64,000 bases of DNA from contig JBAYVF010000005.1 in NCBI GenBank assembly GCA_041674705.1, positions 36,645 through 100,644 of the forward strand, written 5' to 3'. The position numbers were made by a program, and so were the translations under genes. Shown here in pieces: positions 1-9,437 of the stretch. Position 1 is the first letter of the stretch; each line of letters begins with the position of its first letter. The stretch comes from Candidatus Omnitrophota bacterium (GTDB lineage: Bacteria > Omnitrophota > Omnitrophia > Omnitrophales > Aquincolibacteriaceae). Under the pieces are notes generated by a model. It saw only the letters and a list, made by a program, of their open reading frames with translations. It ran no database searches and had not been told where the DNA came from.

Positions 1-10
1 TAAGGGGCCG

Positions 11-3000
11 GTGATGGACCGTATGAAAGACTCGGTTCTGGAGCATTTCAAGGGACGCTCGGATTTTGCGTATGCGCCGGATTGGGAAGCCGATTATGAG
101 GCGGGAATGAAGCCGTATACTCTGATCAACATTGAAGGGGTTTCCCACCTCCTGACCCCGATGGGCGAGATCTTCTGGGGACAGTCCAACACATCGCCGA
201 AGGTCGCTTTTGGGGCGCAGAGCACCTCAGCCGAAAATACCCGGAAACTGGCCGGTATCGTGGCCGCTCTGATGATCCATGCGCGCGAAGAAGTGGCGCC
301 GCAGGCTCCCAAGTTACATCCTTTGGAAACCTCGGAATTGTTCAAGGCATGGCTGCCCGAGACGCACAAACTTTCTTATGCGGATTTTTCAAAAACAACG
401 GAAGGCGCATCTGGAAAAACGTACGAGGCGTGGCAGAGCAATGGTCTGGAAGCCAATGTTCTTGCGGCTTATCCAACCGCGGAAGCCGCGCTTTCCGAAT
501 TCACGGCTCGTGCTGAGATCCGGGATTTAGATAACGAAGCTTCGGAATTTTTTATCGATGATAAGAAGCCCGCTCATGAAGACAAACAGCCTGCCACGAT
601 CTACTATCACACTCCTAAGGAAATGACTTCATCTCCGAGTTATGGCGTCATTACATTTCTCTCGGGTATTGCCGTCCTGTTTGTTGTGGTCGGTCTGATC
701 GCCGGATTGGTTGCTGTGGCCAAAGGAATGAATAACCCGATTTACGGGGCGGGTGATCCGATGGCCCGTATGATCCTGTGGACCGCGGGCGGAGTTTTAA
801 TTGTAGCGGCCGTGATTGCCGCCTGGATGTGGCATGGATTTTCGAAGCAAAAAAATTATGAAATGATGGGCCCGACGACGCTTAAAGGTCCGATTACCCC
901 GGAAAACCAGCCCTATTCATTCACCGAGCAGCCTTCCAAGGCTCCGGAAAAGGTCGGCTCTCCGGAGCGTTCGGAGGCACGCAGTAGCCTCCGCACTGAG
1001 AGGAGCCGCGAAGCAGCTCCCGTACGTGCTGAAATGCGGAATTTCGAATCCATGATAGAAAAACATCTGTCTTCCGATTTCGGGATGAAAGTTTTTTGGG
1101 ACGTCGTTTGGGCTGAAATGAATCGAAATGAAGGGATGAACCCTCTGGATCCTTCGCGGACTTTCCAGCAGTGGGTTTTGGAGGCGGACCATGCGGACGA
1201 GCTTGTTGATGTGGTGGAGGCGACAGGAGAGATTTCCTTGCGTCTGAAAAAGGCGCTGGATTCGCAAAAGAACTTGGCGGCTCAAGAAGAAAGCCGCCGT
1301 TTTAAGAACAAGATCCTTTTTGGCGGGGCGGCCGCAGCGGTGATCCTTGCGAATGTTGTTTTCCTGAAGATCATTTCACCGGGATTAGCTCTTCACTTCC
1401 TTTCGCCTGCCGTATCGTTGCTTTTACTTGCGCTGTTGATGCCAGAAAATATTTACATACGGAAAAGTTTAAGCCTTGAAGATGCAGTTCGTCGCCCCAA
1501 ATTGATCGAACATTACAGCCCCTTGATCCTGACCGCTTTTGAACAGGCAAGGAAGGAAATGTTCCGCATTGTTCGGGAAGAGAGCGACGAGAGGGAGAGG
1601 CATTCGCCCGTCCTGGAAGCTTGGGTGAGACAGACTCGTCCCGACGAAGTCAAGCGGGCGGAGATGAGGGATATCGAGGCGGATCTTGCGCAGATTCCCG
1701 AGCCGCTTCGAACGAATGTGCGGGAGTTTCTGACCTTGGGAGAAGCGGATGCAGAAGGTTGGCAGGGTTCTAAGTCTTTGCTCATGCGATGTGCGAAGGG
1801 TTCGCTTTTCCGGTTTGATCTAGGCGTTCGTACTATCGCCAATGGTTCCGAGCGCTGGGTCAAGATCGATGTGACCGATATAACGCCCGGGACGGATCAG
1901 AAAGAAGTCGGCTTTTACAAGTTCCGTATGGGGCTCCCGGTGGGCGGCAAAATCGTGGCTATCGGGGAATATGACATGGATGCCGAGCGTCAACAAGAGC
2001 ACGAACCCACGATGCGGGTCGGGCCCGATTATGAAGGTCGCTATATAGGGAGCGCTCTTCTTGTGCTGGGGTTGTATTTGGCGAAGAAATACGGGAACGA
2101 GAGCTTTATCGCCCGTGACATAGTGGCGAAAGGATTTTTTGATGCCAATCACATGGGTTTTAGTCCTAACGGGAATGGTTGGGAGAGTATTTTCGATCTT
2201 GTGGAAATGCCGCTTCCGAAGCTGCCTTCGCTCAAGCCCCAGGACCCGATTCGTGTAAAGTTAAACCGCGAAATCGCTCATTGGAAGAATCGTTACGCAA
2301 GCATTGCCGGGTCGAAGAACCGGGAGTACGGTTTTAATATCAGCGTCCGGAGGTTCGAAAAGATCGATCTGACCATGGAAAAAGTTTACGGGGATCCTCT
2401 CCTTAACGAGGAAGAGCGAGTGATCGTCGCCAAGGCGATCGCGTTCGGCAAAGGCGGGATCTTCCACTTCTGGAAAGAACTCGACAAGGCTGCGAAAAGG
2501 CGCTTGCTCGATCAGCTGAACGCCATAGACCGGATTGATATCCGTCTGAACATCCAGACCTCTCGCACAGGCATTGAGAGTTTACAGGAGCTTTTTCAAA
2601 AATTCATTATCAACGGAGAAGCGGGAGCGGATTTAAAGCCGGCTCCTGAGCAGATCCAAGCCCCTGGGATGTTTGACCTCGCGGATGAAAACAGTCCTCA
2701 GGCCATGGAGGCGATTATGCTGGGAGATGCAGCTAGGTCGCGTGGAGAAGTTGCTGTACTGGAACTTGCCGGGGGAAGCGGGTCTCGTCTTGGTTTTGAC
2801 AAGCCTAAAATAGAATATCCTGCGAGCCCTATCCGGCATAAGTCTCTGGGGAGACTCCGAGCCGAAAAGATCGCTGCCTACGCTCAGGACGCGCTTCGGC
2901 TGGGTGCTTTTCTGACAAAAGTACCCCACAGCGGGCAAGAAGCCGAAGAGATGGCTGCCGGTTTGAAAAAAGCTTCCGCAAAAACGGGGATACCGATCCC

Positions 3001-6000
3001 TTGGATCATCATGACAAGTGATGTAACTCATGCCCAGACGCTTGCGTATTTTAATGATCGAATGAGGGACGGAAAGTATTTCGGGCTTATTCCAAAGGAT
3101 TGGGTTCGCTTCAAGGAGCAGCGCGTTCTACCCGTCTTTACGGATCGCGGTGAATGGGTCCTGGAAGCAAAAGACAAAATCTCCGTAAGTGGCTTCGGGC
3201 ACGGGGACGCGCGCGAGTGGATCATGATGGATCCCGAGACCCAGGAATGGCTCCGCGGTGTTTTCGGGATCAAGTATGTTGCTGTGGCGAACGTGGACAA
3301 TGCAATGTTGCCGGCCCTTGGTTCTCGAGCCATTGGTTATCACATTCTGGCCACCCGGGATAATGCGCTCGGGGCAGAACCCCTGAGCAAGGTTGTGGTG
3401 GACAAACGAGGCCCCGGGGAAAAGGTCGGTGTTTCGGTCCTTCTTGACGGGAACGACGCCGTGATCGAGTACAACCAATTTACGAGAGACATTCTGACTT
3501 TCAAATATGCTTATGTTTTTGAAAACCGGCGAATCGTTTTCTATAAAGCGGATGACGGGACCTACCAGATCTACGGCTTATCGGAATTTAACGATTTTGT
3601 TAAAGGCACGCAGTCGCTTGCGGCCATGGATTTCAAACAGTTTGAAACGTGGGTCTCCGAGCATCTTGCAAACCTGAATGAGGTCCCGCAGGATGCCAAA
3701 ATTTATTGGAGCGGGGAACCCTATCTGAAGGAAAGATTAAAAGGCCTGAAGTTGTGGCTCAACCTAGGAAGTATTAACGGGCTTATTTGGACTTTGGATT
3801 CTTTCATGAATAAGGAGCACCCTTTGGCGCCTCTTCCGGTGGTCGTTGCCAAGGGAAAAAATGTTGATGGATTCCATCCTGAGAATTTTAAGCCTTACAC
3901 AAAAGACCAAGAGGTCATTAAAGTCAATAAATTCGAGACCATGGCGTTCCACGGATTTTTGAGGGGGCCTTCCCATGGTGCGCACATTCTGGCCCGCCGC
4001 GAAGATGCTTTTTCTCCTATCAAAGAGCCAGAAAAAGAGGGGCCGGATAACCCCGTGGAAGCCGCGCGGATCTATAGTGAAAGACATATCCGCTGGCTAA
4101 GGGGGCGTGTCGACGCTGAAGTCATGCCAGGTGCTGTGGTGGAATTGGCGGATCCTTTCGCGGGAGTCGATGGTAGGGAGCTCTTTCAGAGGATTGGAAA
4201 AGGTTTGTTTCTTTCTGAAAAATCGCAATTCAGCGTTAGCGGTCCGAATACACGTATCGGGCAAAACTTCCGGGTGGAAAATTCGTCTGCTTTTATCTTG
4301 CGTCATGACATCGAATCCCGTTCTCAATCGGAGGTCCAAATTGGTCCTGATGTGACGGTTAAGGCACATGTGTATTTCCGCTTGAAAGGCAATGCGACGG
4401 TCCTGGTGGATCCTGGCGTTGTTTTTAACTATCCCGTGGCCTTTGTGCTGGACGACGGAGAATATCTTCATATCCGGCAGGAGCTTCTGGACGAGGTGTA
4501 CAGGCTTTTGAGCAGCGGAAATGAGGCCGACATATCTCAGGTTTTTGAGATGTATCGGAAAAGCAAGGAAGCTTCCAAAGGAAAAACAGAAGAATCGCGA
4601 ACAGACGGGCAAAAGAAATACGATTCCTTTTTGGTCTATAAGCTGGTGGAGTCTATTTCCAAGCGATTTCCGGATTTTAGCCCTGCCAAGAAAAACGCAC
4701 AGAGGGTCCTCGCGCAGATCGTTGATTGGCAGCTCAAGCTTAAGCCGGAACAAAAAGAGGCTTTGGCACGGGCCCAAGATGTTTACCTTGAAAAATACAA
4801 GGAGCCGATGAGTCCCGCCTACGCGGCCTATGTGACCGCGATGATTCTTAGGGCCGACCGTGAAAAGTTGAAGATCGCGGTTCGTGGTTCTGACGGGAGT
4901 GTGATCGGGGAACAATCCAACTTCGTTCTCGCATCTCAATTGACCGATGAAGAGAAGGAGAGGCTCTTAGGGGCTTTTGACTATAAAACCATTGTCGCAG
5001 ATTCTGAAAACGAGCCGGAGGCCGCCAAAGCTTTTGTGACGATTCATTCCCTGGATGGCGGGTTGGGGGAGAAACTGGTCCGCTATGTTTATAAGCAGAT
5101 TCTTGTCGACGAAAATCTTGTGCCGCGCGAAGAAGTGGAATTTGACGAAAACGGGAAGGTCAAGAACGGAGCAAAGGGGACGGATACCGGCTTTGTGATC
5201 CATCATGAAGGGCAGCGTGTGTTTGTAAGTGTCGCCGAAGTCAAGATCTTGCAGATGATCGAACGGGTGCGGACCGGCAAGATAGGCGGTGTTGGGTTTA
5301 CGCCGCTTGTGAACAAGGATTCCAAGCCTTCTTATGAAAAACTTCTGGATCGCATTTGTCTCGAAGATCGTTTCAAAAGCACCGGGGATAAAAGGACTTA
5401 TCGTCAGCTGCTTCAGGAACTTGGAGCGGAGGTCAATCCTCTTTATCTTCAACAGGACTTACCGGGGATCGATGTGGAGACCAATCGTCCTGCCACAAAT
5501 CCGGACGGTCTTTGGCAACCTGGCGGGCACGGACAGTTGGGTTTCAGTTTCCTTTATAAACCGGAAGATTGGAAGCCCCGCCATGATGGGAAGTTCGACG
5601 TCCTTGCTTTTGTGAACGGGGACAATGTTAACGCGAGTCAGCTGGATCCTTCCATGATCGGGATGATGGCCCGGAAAAAAATGCCGGTTGTCAAACTGAC
5701 AACCATGGCGATGCCGATCGATAAAAAAGGCGGGAAAGATGGGCTCTTGCTTGAAAACGGCAGTTTGAGAATCCCCCAGCAGATGGAGATCGCGGATGCT
5801 CAGGCATGGGGGAAGACCGAAGAAAATCTTTTTATTAAAGCTGGCCAGGAAGAAGGCTCCAAAATCTTCGGTGCAACCTCTGTCGGGAACCAGCCTTTCA
5901 ACACCAATACGATCTATGTGGTGAAGGATTTTCTGTTTCCACTGCTGGCGGAAGTCAAAAAACTTTTGGGGGACGAACGCTATTATGCGGAAGTGATCGC

Positions 6001-9000
6001 GCCGACACTGATAAGCAAAGATACAAAAAAAGCCAAGGATGGGCGTAATTACAGGCCTCTGGATGCGGCGATCGGAACGGTTATCCACAACATGAACGAA
6101 TTTTTCCTGAGACGCTTAGCGGTTCCCACGGGATGGCGTTCTATTGAAGACAAAAAAATCGCTGAGGTCATGAAAAAATACAGGTATGACCGGGTTCTTT
6201 ACTTTTTTAACGTACCCCGGAGATTTTTTACGCCTCAAAAGAACCCGTTGGATGCCTATCTGCAGGCCTACGGCAATTATTTCAGTTTGGACCAAAAGGT
6301 CTGGATTTTGAGGGAAACATCTGAAGGGCTTGTTCCTCCCGAGTTTTCTGTTACCGCGCGGCAGAAGGCGAAGCCTGATGATGAGCGTGGTTTTTCATTC
6401 GATTCTGGGAAAGGTTATTGGAGCGAACTTCAGAACGTGATCGATTCGTTCGGAAAAAATTCGGATTGGTCATTTTTGAAAAAACTCGATATCGACGGGG
6501 ATGTTTTGATTCGGGATGCCGTTTTGGCTGGAGATATTCATATTCAATCGGCCTTTGACGGCGTCTTCGCTCTTGACCAAGCTCCCGAAATGCAGCCGTT
6601 GCGAGGTGCCGATGGCCGTATTCGATTGAAAAACATCAAGGTGAGCATCTCGAAGCAGGGAGGGGTCTCTGTCACTCCGCGTTCGGAAATGCGGACGGGG
6701 AATGAGCTTGAGAGAGCCATTGCCCTCAGCCAGTTAGCGCTTTCGGAGCTTAAGCGGGATCTCAAAGAGGCCAAGAAGGCGGGGACTCTGGCCTTAATCC
6801 CGGGTCTGGAGCAAACGATCCGGCAAAAGGTGAATGACATTGTTCGGTATCAATGGACATTGTCGGAAAACACAGTTGTTCAAGAGATCGTTCCGGAAAT
6901 GATGAAGAAAATTTCTGAAAGAGAAATGGCTGTTCAAAAGAAGGATCTGAATAAGGCCGCACGCCTTGAGGTGGAACGGGCCTACTATGCGATAGCTCCC
7001 GTGGCTATTTCCATGGGGGTTGATCCGATCGGCATGTTGCGATTCTTATATGGGATGGTACCTCTTAGCGAAGATCCGAATAAGAAGTTTATGGATATTT
7101 ACGCGGCGTTTTTAACCGGGGACCAGGACAAGATCAAAGCTTCGAACCTTCAGATCATTGGCCGGCCCATCAAGGATCTGGAAACGGCCCGTGAAATCTT
7201 TGCGGAAAAATTCGCTCCCTGGATCGCTGTTTTGCTCGAATTGCCCAAAGAAAAGAGTGCCGGGGTCAAGGTTTTCGCCCTCAAAAATTTTCTAGGGAAC
7301 ATGACAGGTTTTTATTTCGGGAATCGTGAAAAGGCCCTTCTCCCGGAGGCGGGGCGTCTCTTGACTGCGTGGGACAACTGGGTGAATCCCTCCAGAGTTC
7401 TCCCTGTGGCTCCTAGCATGCTTCAAGTGGGCGGGCTTAAGGTCGTAGTGCCGAACGTCTCGAAAACTATTCCGCCGCAGCAGCGCCAATCGTCGGCGCG
7501 TGCCGAGGCGAGAGATACTGAAGTCGATTATTCTGCCATCGAAGAATCCGTACAGCAGTTGAGGTTCGAAGGTGCCGAAGCCCGTCGAAGGACCCTCCTT
7601 GAAAAGCTTGTGGCTTTGTCCCTTGGCGCGCTTTACAAACCAACCCAGGTAGAATTGACGCCGGGAGCATTGAGAGAACTTGGAAAGATCTTCGGGAAAC
7701 TGCCGTCTGAGTTAACGCAAGAATGGTGTTTTGGCTTGATGCTGATGGTGGTGAGCCAGGGCATTCCTGCGAAAGGGGAAATATACGAACGTCCGGAAGT
7801 GCTTATCACGTTCGTTTCCGAAAAGTATCGGCTTGGTGCCGGTAAGGAGATCGCAACGGATGAGGCTTTGGCGAAGTTTATCCAAGCCGAGCAGGAAAGG
7901 ATCTCCAAAGAAGCAGCGAAGATCCGGGTACTTGAAAAACGTAAAAATTCCAGCCGCTCCGAAATCCGGGGTGGCGACAACGGTTATACAATTGAGTCGT
8001 TGACGCCCAGAGAACAGCTGGTTCGGGGGCAGATCAAGCGGGAAATGATAGAAAGAACGGCGTCGCCCAAGATCTTATGGTCCCAGGGAGAATTGAAGAA
8101 TTTAAAGACGCTGGAAATAGAGGCCTTGAAGATCTGGACGCCCCGGTTGTATGTTTCTGGGAAGCCGGATGTCCAAAGAGCCAAAGCCACTCGCGATCGG
8201 TTGCGTGAAAATTATTACAGCTATGACGTGCAGGTTGCGGCGCATATGCTGAAAAAAATGGCCCTTGAACTAAGCTATGAGGAAATCAATGAGCAGCTCA
8301 CCCGGGAGCAGCTAAAAGAAGTGACGGAGGTTTTGAGCGCGGCCGTCCACAATGGTGAGTACCTCCAGGATCACCGGGTGAGTTCTTGGGGGCATTATGA
8401 TCAGCTGAAGCTTATCGCAAGTTCGCCCGCCTACCTTAAAGATATTTTGAGGAAGTTAAAGGCTCTTTATGAACATGAAGCTAGGCTCGCGGCCTCAAAA
8501 ACAAGCCGAGCCGAGGTTCGTGCCGTTCCTGCGATCTCGCAGGCCACTGTCATGAATTCGATGAACAGGGAAGAACGGCCATTCGATCTCCGCAGCGTTA
8601 CGCAGTTATCCTTTTTGAATTACCTCAAACTGCGTTTCGGGATTCTGCCGCAAGCCATGGCGGAAGCGCTTTCAAAGAGCTTCACGAATGTTCGCGGAAT
8701 AGTGAATCGGTTGATGACCCATGCGGGCATTGCGGCGCCGGCTGTGGCCTCCAAGACAGCTGAGAGTGCCAATGCGGTGAAGATGAAATCAGCTCGTGCG
8801 GTCTTTGGTGAAACGACGCTCAACAAGACCTCCGATGCGTTCATTATTGGCGCGACGTTTGCATTCGATCGTTGGGCGATCGCGGCGATGCGCGCGGTTT
8901 TTGGCGATGCTTCGATGGTCGTACTGGTCCGAAATGACGAGGATCGGGCGAAGCTTGCAAAGATGAATGCCGAACTCGCAAAGGCGGGGCGGCCTGAGAT

Positions 9001-9262
9001 CCTGCAAGCAGAGGATTCCAATGGGGTGAAGGCGTTCATGGCTCAGGAGAAAGTTCGTCAGCGCGGTATCGGCCGCAACCTGAGATTTAAGGCGATCGTG
9101 GACGTAAACGATCCGATGGCGATCGCGCTTAAGGAAATGATCCCGGATTTTGTCTGGGTCAACGATGGGAACTTCGGAAGTTTCATGTTCCAGGCCGGCG
9201 AAGCGATCCGGATGTTGGTTGCCGACTTCCAGAAGAATTTCGCCCTCGCCAAATCCGCGTAA
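11..9262 (+). CDS. Giant (3,083 aa) membrane-anchored multidomain protein: 4 predicted TM helices, GNAT-like fold, two UDPGP-family (eukaryote-type UDP-sugar pyrophosphorylase) domains, long helical C-terminal modules
   Basis: Single uninterrupted ORF. LELAGGSGSRLG..IMTS..GHGD..NVDN..EKVGV (aa ~915-1140) and SLDGGLGEKL..PGGHGQ..NGDNVNA..KKGGKDG..FNTNT (aa ~1680-1960) match UDPGP-family signatures. VGPDYEGRYIGSALL (aa ~670) resembles GNAT motif A. Hydrophobic pairs lie at aa ~211-277 and ~434-480. An RBS-like AGGGG (3-7) precedes ATG 14, but the frame is also open to position 2, so the N-terminus could lie upstream. Confidence 0.85.
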   Translation: MMDRMKDSVLEHFKGRSDFAYAPDWEADYEAGMKPYTLINIEGVSHLLTPMGEIFWGQSNTSPKVAFGAQSTSAENTRKLAGIVAALMIHAREEVAPQAPKLHPLETSELFKAWLPETHKLSYADFSKTTEGASGKTYEAWQSNGLEANVLAAYPTAEAALSEFTARAEIRDLDNEASEFFIDDKKPAHEDKQPATIYYHTPKEMTSSPSYGVITFLSGIAVLFVVVGLIAGLVAVAKGMNNPIYGAGDPMARMILWTAGGVLIVAAVIAAWMWHGFSKQKNYEMMGPTTLKGPITPENQPYSFTEQPSKAPEKVGSPERSEARSSLRTERSREAAPVRAEMRNFESMIEKHLSSDFGMKVFWDVVWAEMNRNEGMNPLDPSRTFQQWVLEADHADELVDVVEATGEISLRLKKALDSQKNLAAQEESRRFKNKILFGGAAAAVILANVVFLKIISPGLALHFLSPAVSLLLLALLMPENIYIRKSLSLEDAVRRPKLIEHYSPLILTAFEQARKEMFRIVREESDERERHSPVLEAWVRQTRPDEVKRAEMRDIEADLAQIPEPLRTNVREFLTLGEADAEGWQGSKSLLMRCAKGSLFRFDLGVRTIANGSERWVKIDVTDITPGTDQKEVGFYKFRMGLPVGGKIVAIGEYDMDAERQQEHEPTMRVGPDYEGRYIGSALLVLGLYLAKKYGNESFIARDIVAKGFFDANHMGFSPNGNGWESIFDLVEMPLPKLPSLKPQDPIRVKLNREIAHWKNRYASIAGSKNREYGFNISVRRFEKIDLTMEKVYGDPLLNEEERVIVAKAIAFGKGGIFHFWKELDKAAKRRLLDQLNAIDRIDIRLNIQTSRTGIESLQELFQKFIINGEAGADLKPAPEQIQAPGMFDLADENSPQAMEAIMLGDAARSRGEVAVLELAGGSGSRLGFDKPKIEYPASPIRHKSLGRLRAEKIAAYAQDALRLGAFLTKVPHSGQEAEEMAAGLKKASAKTGIPIPWIIMTSDVTHAQTLAYFNDRMRDGKYFGLIPKDWVRFKEQRVLPVFTDRGEWVLEAKDKISVSGFGHGDAREWIMMDPETQEWLRGVFGIKYVAVANVDNAMLPALGSRAIGYHILATRDNALGAEPLSKVVVDKRGPGEKVGVSVLLDGNDAVIEYNQFTRDILTFKYAYVFENRRIVFYKADDGTYQIYGLSEFNDFVKGTQSLAAMDFKQFETWVSEHLANLNEVPQDAKIYWSGEPYLKERLKGLKLWLNLGSINGLIWTLDSFMNKEHPLAPLPVVVAKGKNVDGFHPENFKPYTKDQEVIKVNKFETMAFHGFLRGPSHGAHILARREDAFSPIKEPEKEGPDNPVEAARIYSERHIRWLRGRVDAEVMPGAVVELADPFAGVDGRELFQRIGKGLFLSEKSQFSVSGPNTRIGQNFRVENSSAFILRHDIESRSQSEVQIGPDVTVKAHVYFRLKGNATVLVDPGVVFNYPVAFVLDDGEYLHIRQELLDEVYRLLSSGNEADISQVFEMYRKSKEASKGKTEESRTDGQKKYDSFLVYKLVESISKRFPDFSPAKKNAQRVLAQIVDWQLKLKPEQKEALARAQDVYLEKYKEPMSPAYAAYVTAMILRADREKLKIAVRGSDGSVIGEQSNFVLASQLTDEEKERLLGAFDYKTIVADSENEPEAAKAFVTIHSLDGGLGEKLVRYVYKQILVDENLVPREEVEFDENGKVKNGAKGTDTGFVIHHEGQRVFVSVAEVKILQMIERVRTGKIGGVGFTPLVNKDSKPSYEKLLDRICLEDRFKSTGDKRTYRQLLQELGAEVNPLYLQQDLPGIDVETNRPATNPDGLWQPGGHGQLGFSFLYKPEDWKPRHDGKFDVLAFVNGDNVNASQLDPSMIGMMARKKMPVVKLTTMAMPIDKKGGKDGLLLENGSLRIPQQMEIADAQAWGKTEENLFIKAGQEEGSKIFGATSVGNQPFNTNTIYVVKDFLFPLLAEVKKLLGDERYYAEVIAPTLISKDTKKAKDGRNYRPLDAAIGTVIHNMNEFFLRRLAVPTGWRSIEDKKIAEVMKKYRYDRVLYFFNVPRRFFTPQKNPLDAYLQAYGNYFSLDQKVWILRETSEGLVPPEFSVTARQKAKPDDERGFSFDSGKGYWSELQNVIDSFGKNSDWSFLKKLDIDGDVLIRDAVLAGDIHIQSAFDGVFALDQAPEMQPLRGADGRIRLKNIKVSISKQGGVSVTPRSEMRTGNELERAIALSQLALSELKRDLKEAKKAGTLALIPGLEQTIRQKVNDIVRYQWTLSENTVVQEIVPEMMKKISEREMAVQKKDLNKAARLEVERAYYAIAPVAISMGVDPIGMLRFLYGMVPLSEDPNKKFMDIYAAFLTGDQDKIKASNLQIIGRPIKDLETAREIFAEKFAPWIAVLLELPKEKSAGVKVFALKNFLGNMTGFYFGNREKALLPEAGRLLTAWDNWVNPSRVLPVAPSMLQVGGLKVVVPNVSKTIPPQQRQSSARAEARDTEVDYSAIEESVQQLRFEGAEARRRTLLEKLVALSLGALYKPTQVELTPGALRELGKIFGKLPSELTQEWCFGLMLMVVSQGIPAKGEIYERPEVLITFVSEKYRLGAGKEIATDEALAKFIQAEQERISKEAAKIRVLEKRKNSSRSEIRGGDNGYTIESLTPREQLVRGQIKREMIERTASPKILWSQGELKNLKTLEIEALKIWTPRLYVSGKPDVQRAKATRDRLRENYYSYDVQVAAHMLKKMALELSYEEINEQLTREQLKEVTEVLSAAVHNGEYLQDHRVSSWGHYDQLKLIASSPAYLKDILRKLKALYEHEARLAASKTSRAEVRAVPAISQATVMNSMNREERPFDLRSVTQLSFLNYLKLRFGILPQAMAEALSKSFTNVRGIVNRLMTHAGIAAPAVASKTAESANAVKMKSARAVFGETTLNKTSDAFIIGATFAFDRWAIAAMRAVFGDASMVVLVRNDEDRAKLAKMNAELAKAGRPEILQAEDSNGVKAFMAQEKVRQRGIGRNLRFKAIVDVNDPMAIALKEMIPDFVWVNDGNFGSFMFQAGEAIRMLVADFQKNFALAKSA

Positions 9263-9267
9263 CGCAG

Positions 9268-9366
9268 GACATAGTACTTTGTACTTGGTACATAGTACTT
9301 GGCATATAGCAAAAAACTTCCCCCATTTTGTTTTGCTCCAAGTACCATGTGCTATGTACTATGTGC
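9268..9366. repeat. Heptamer-array hairpin, ACATAGT/ACTTGGT word family, copy 1
   Basis: Left arm 9268-9310 reads acatagt actttgt acttggt acatagt acttggc atatagc. Right arm 9335-9366 is the imperfect complement. Loop ~24 nt. Starts 6 nt after the giant-ORF stop. Confidence 0.75.
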
Positions 9367-9437
9367 TTTCATTTCAGTCCCTTCATTGCTAAAATACTCT
9401 CCAAGTTTGTAACCCGTTGAATCAAGGGGGGATAGCA

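Noticed and set aside
9263-9437. T-box leaders upstream of tyrS (9263-9437) and ileS (18458-18535).
   Set aside because: No T-box consensus (AGGGTGGTACCGCG-like) or specifier-loop architecture was seen. The structures present belong to the heptamer-word hairpin family.
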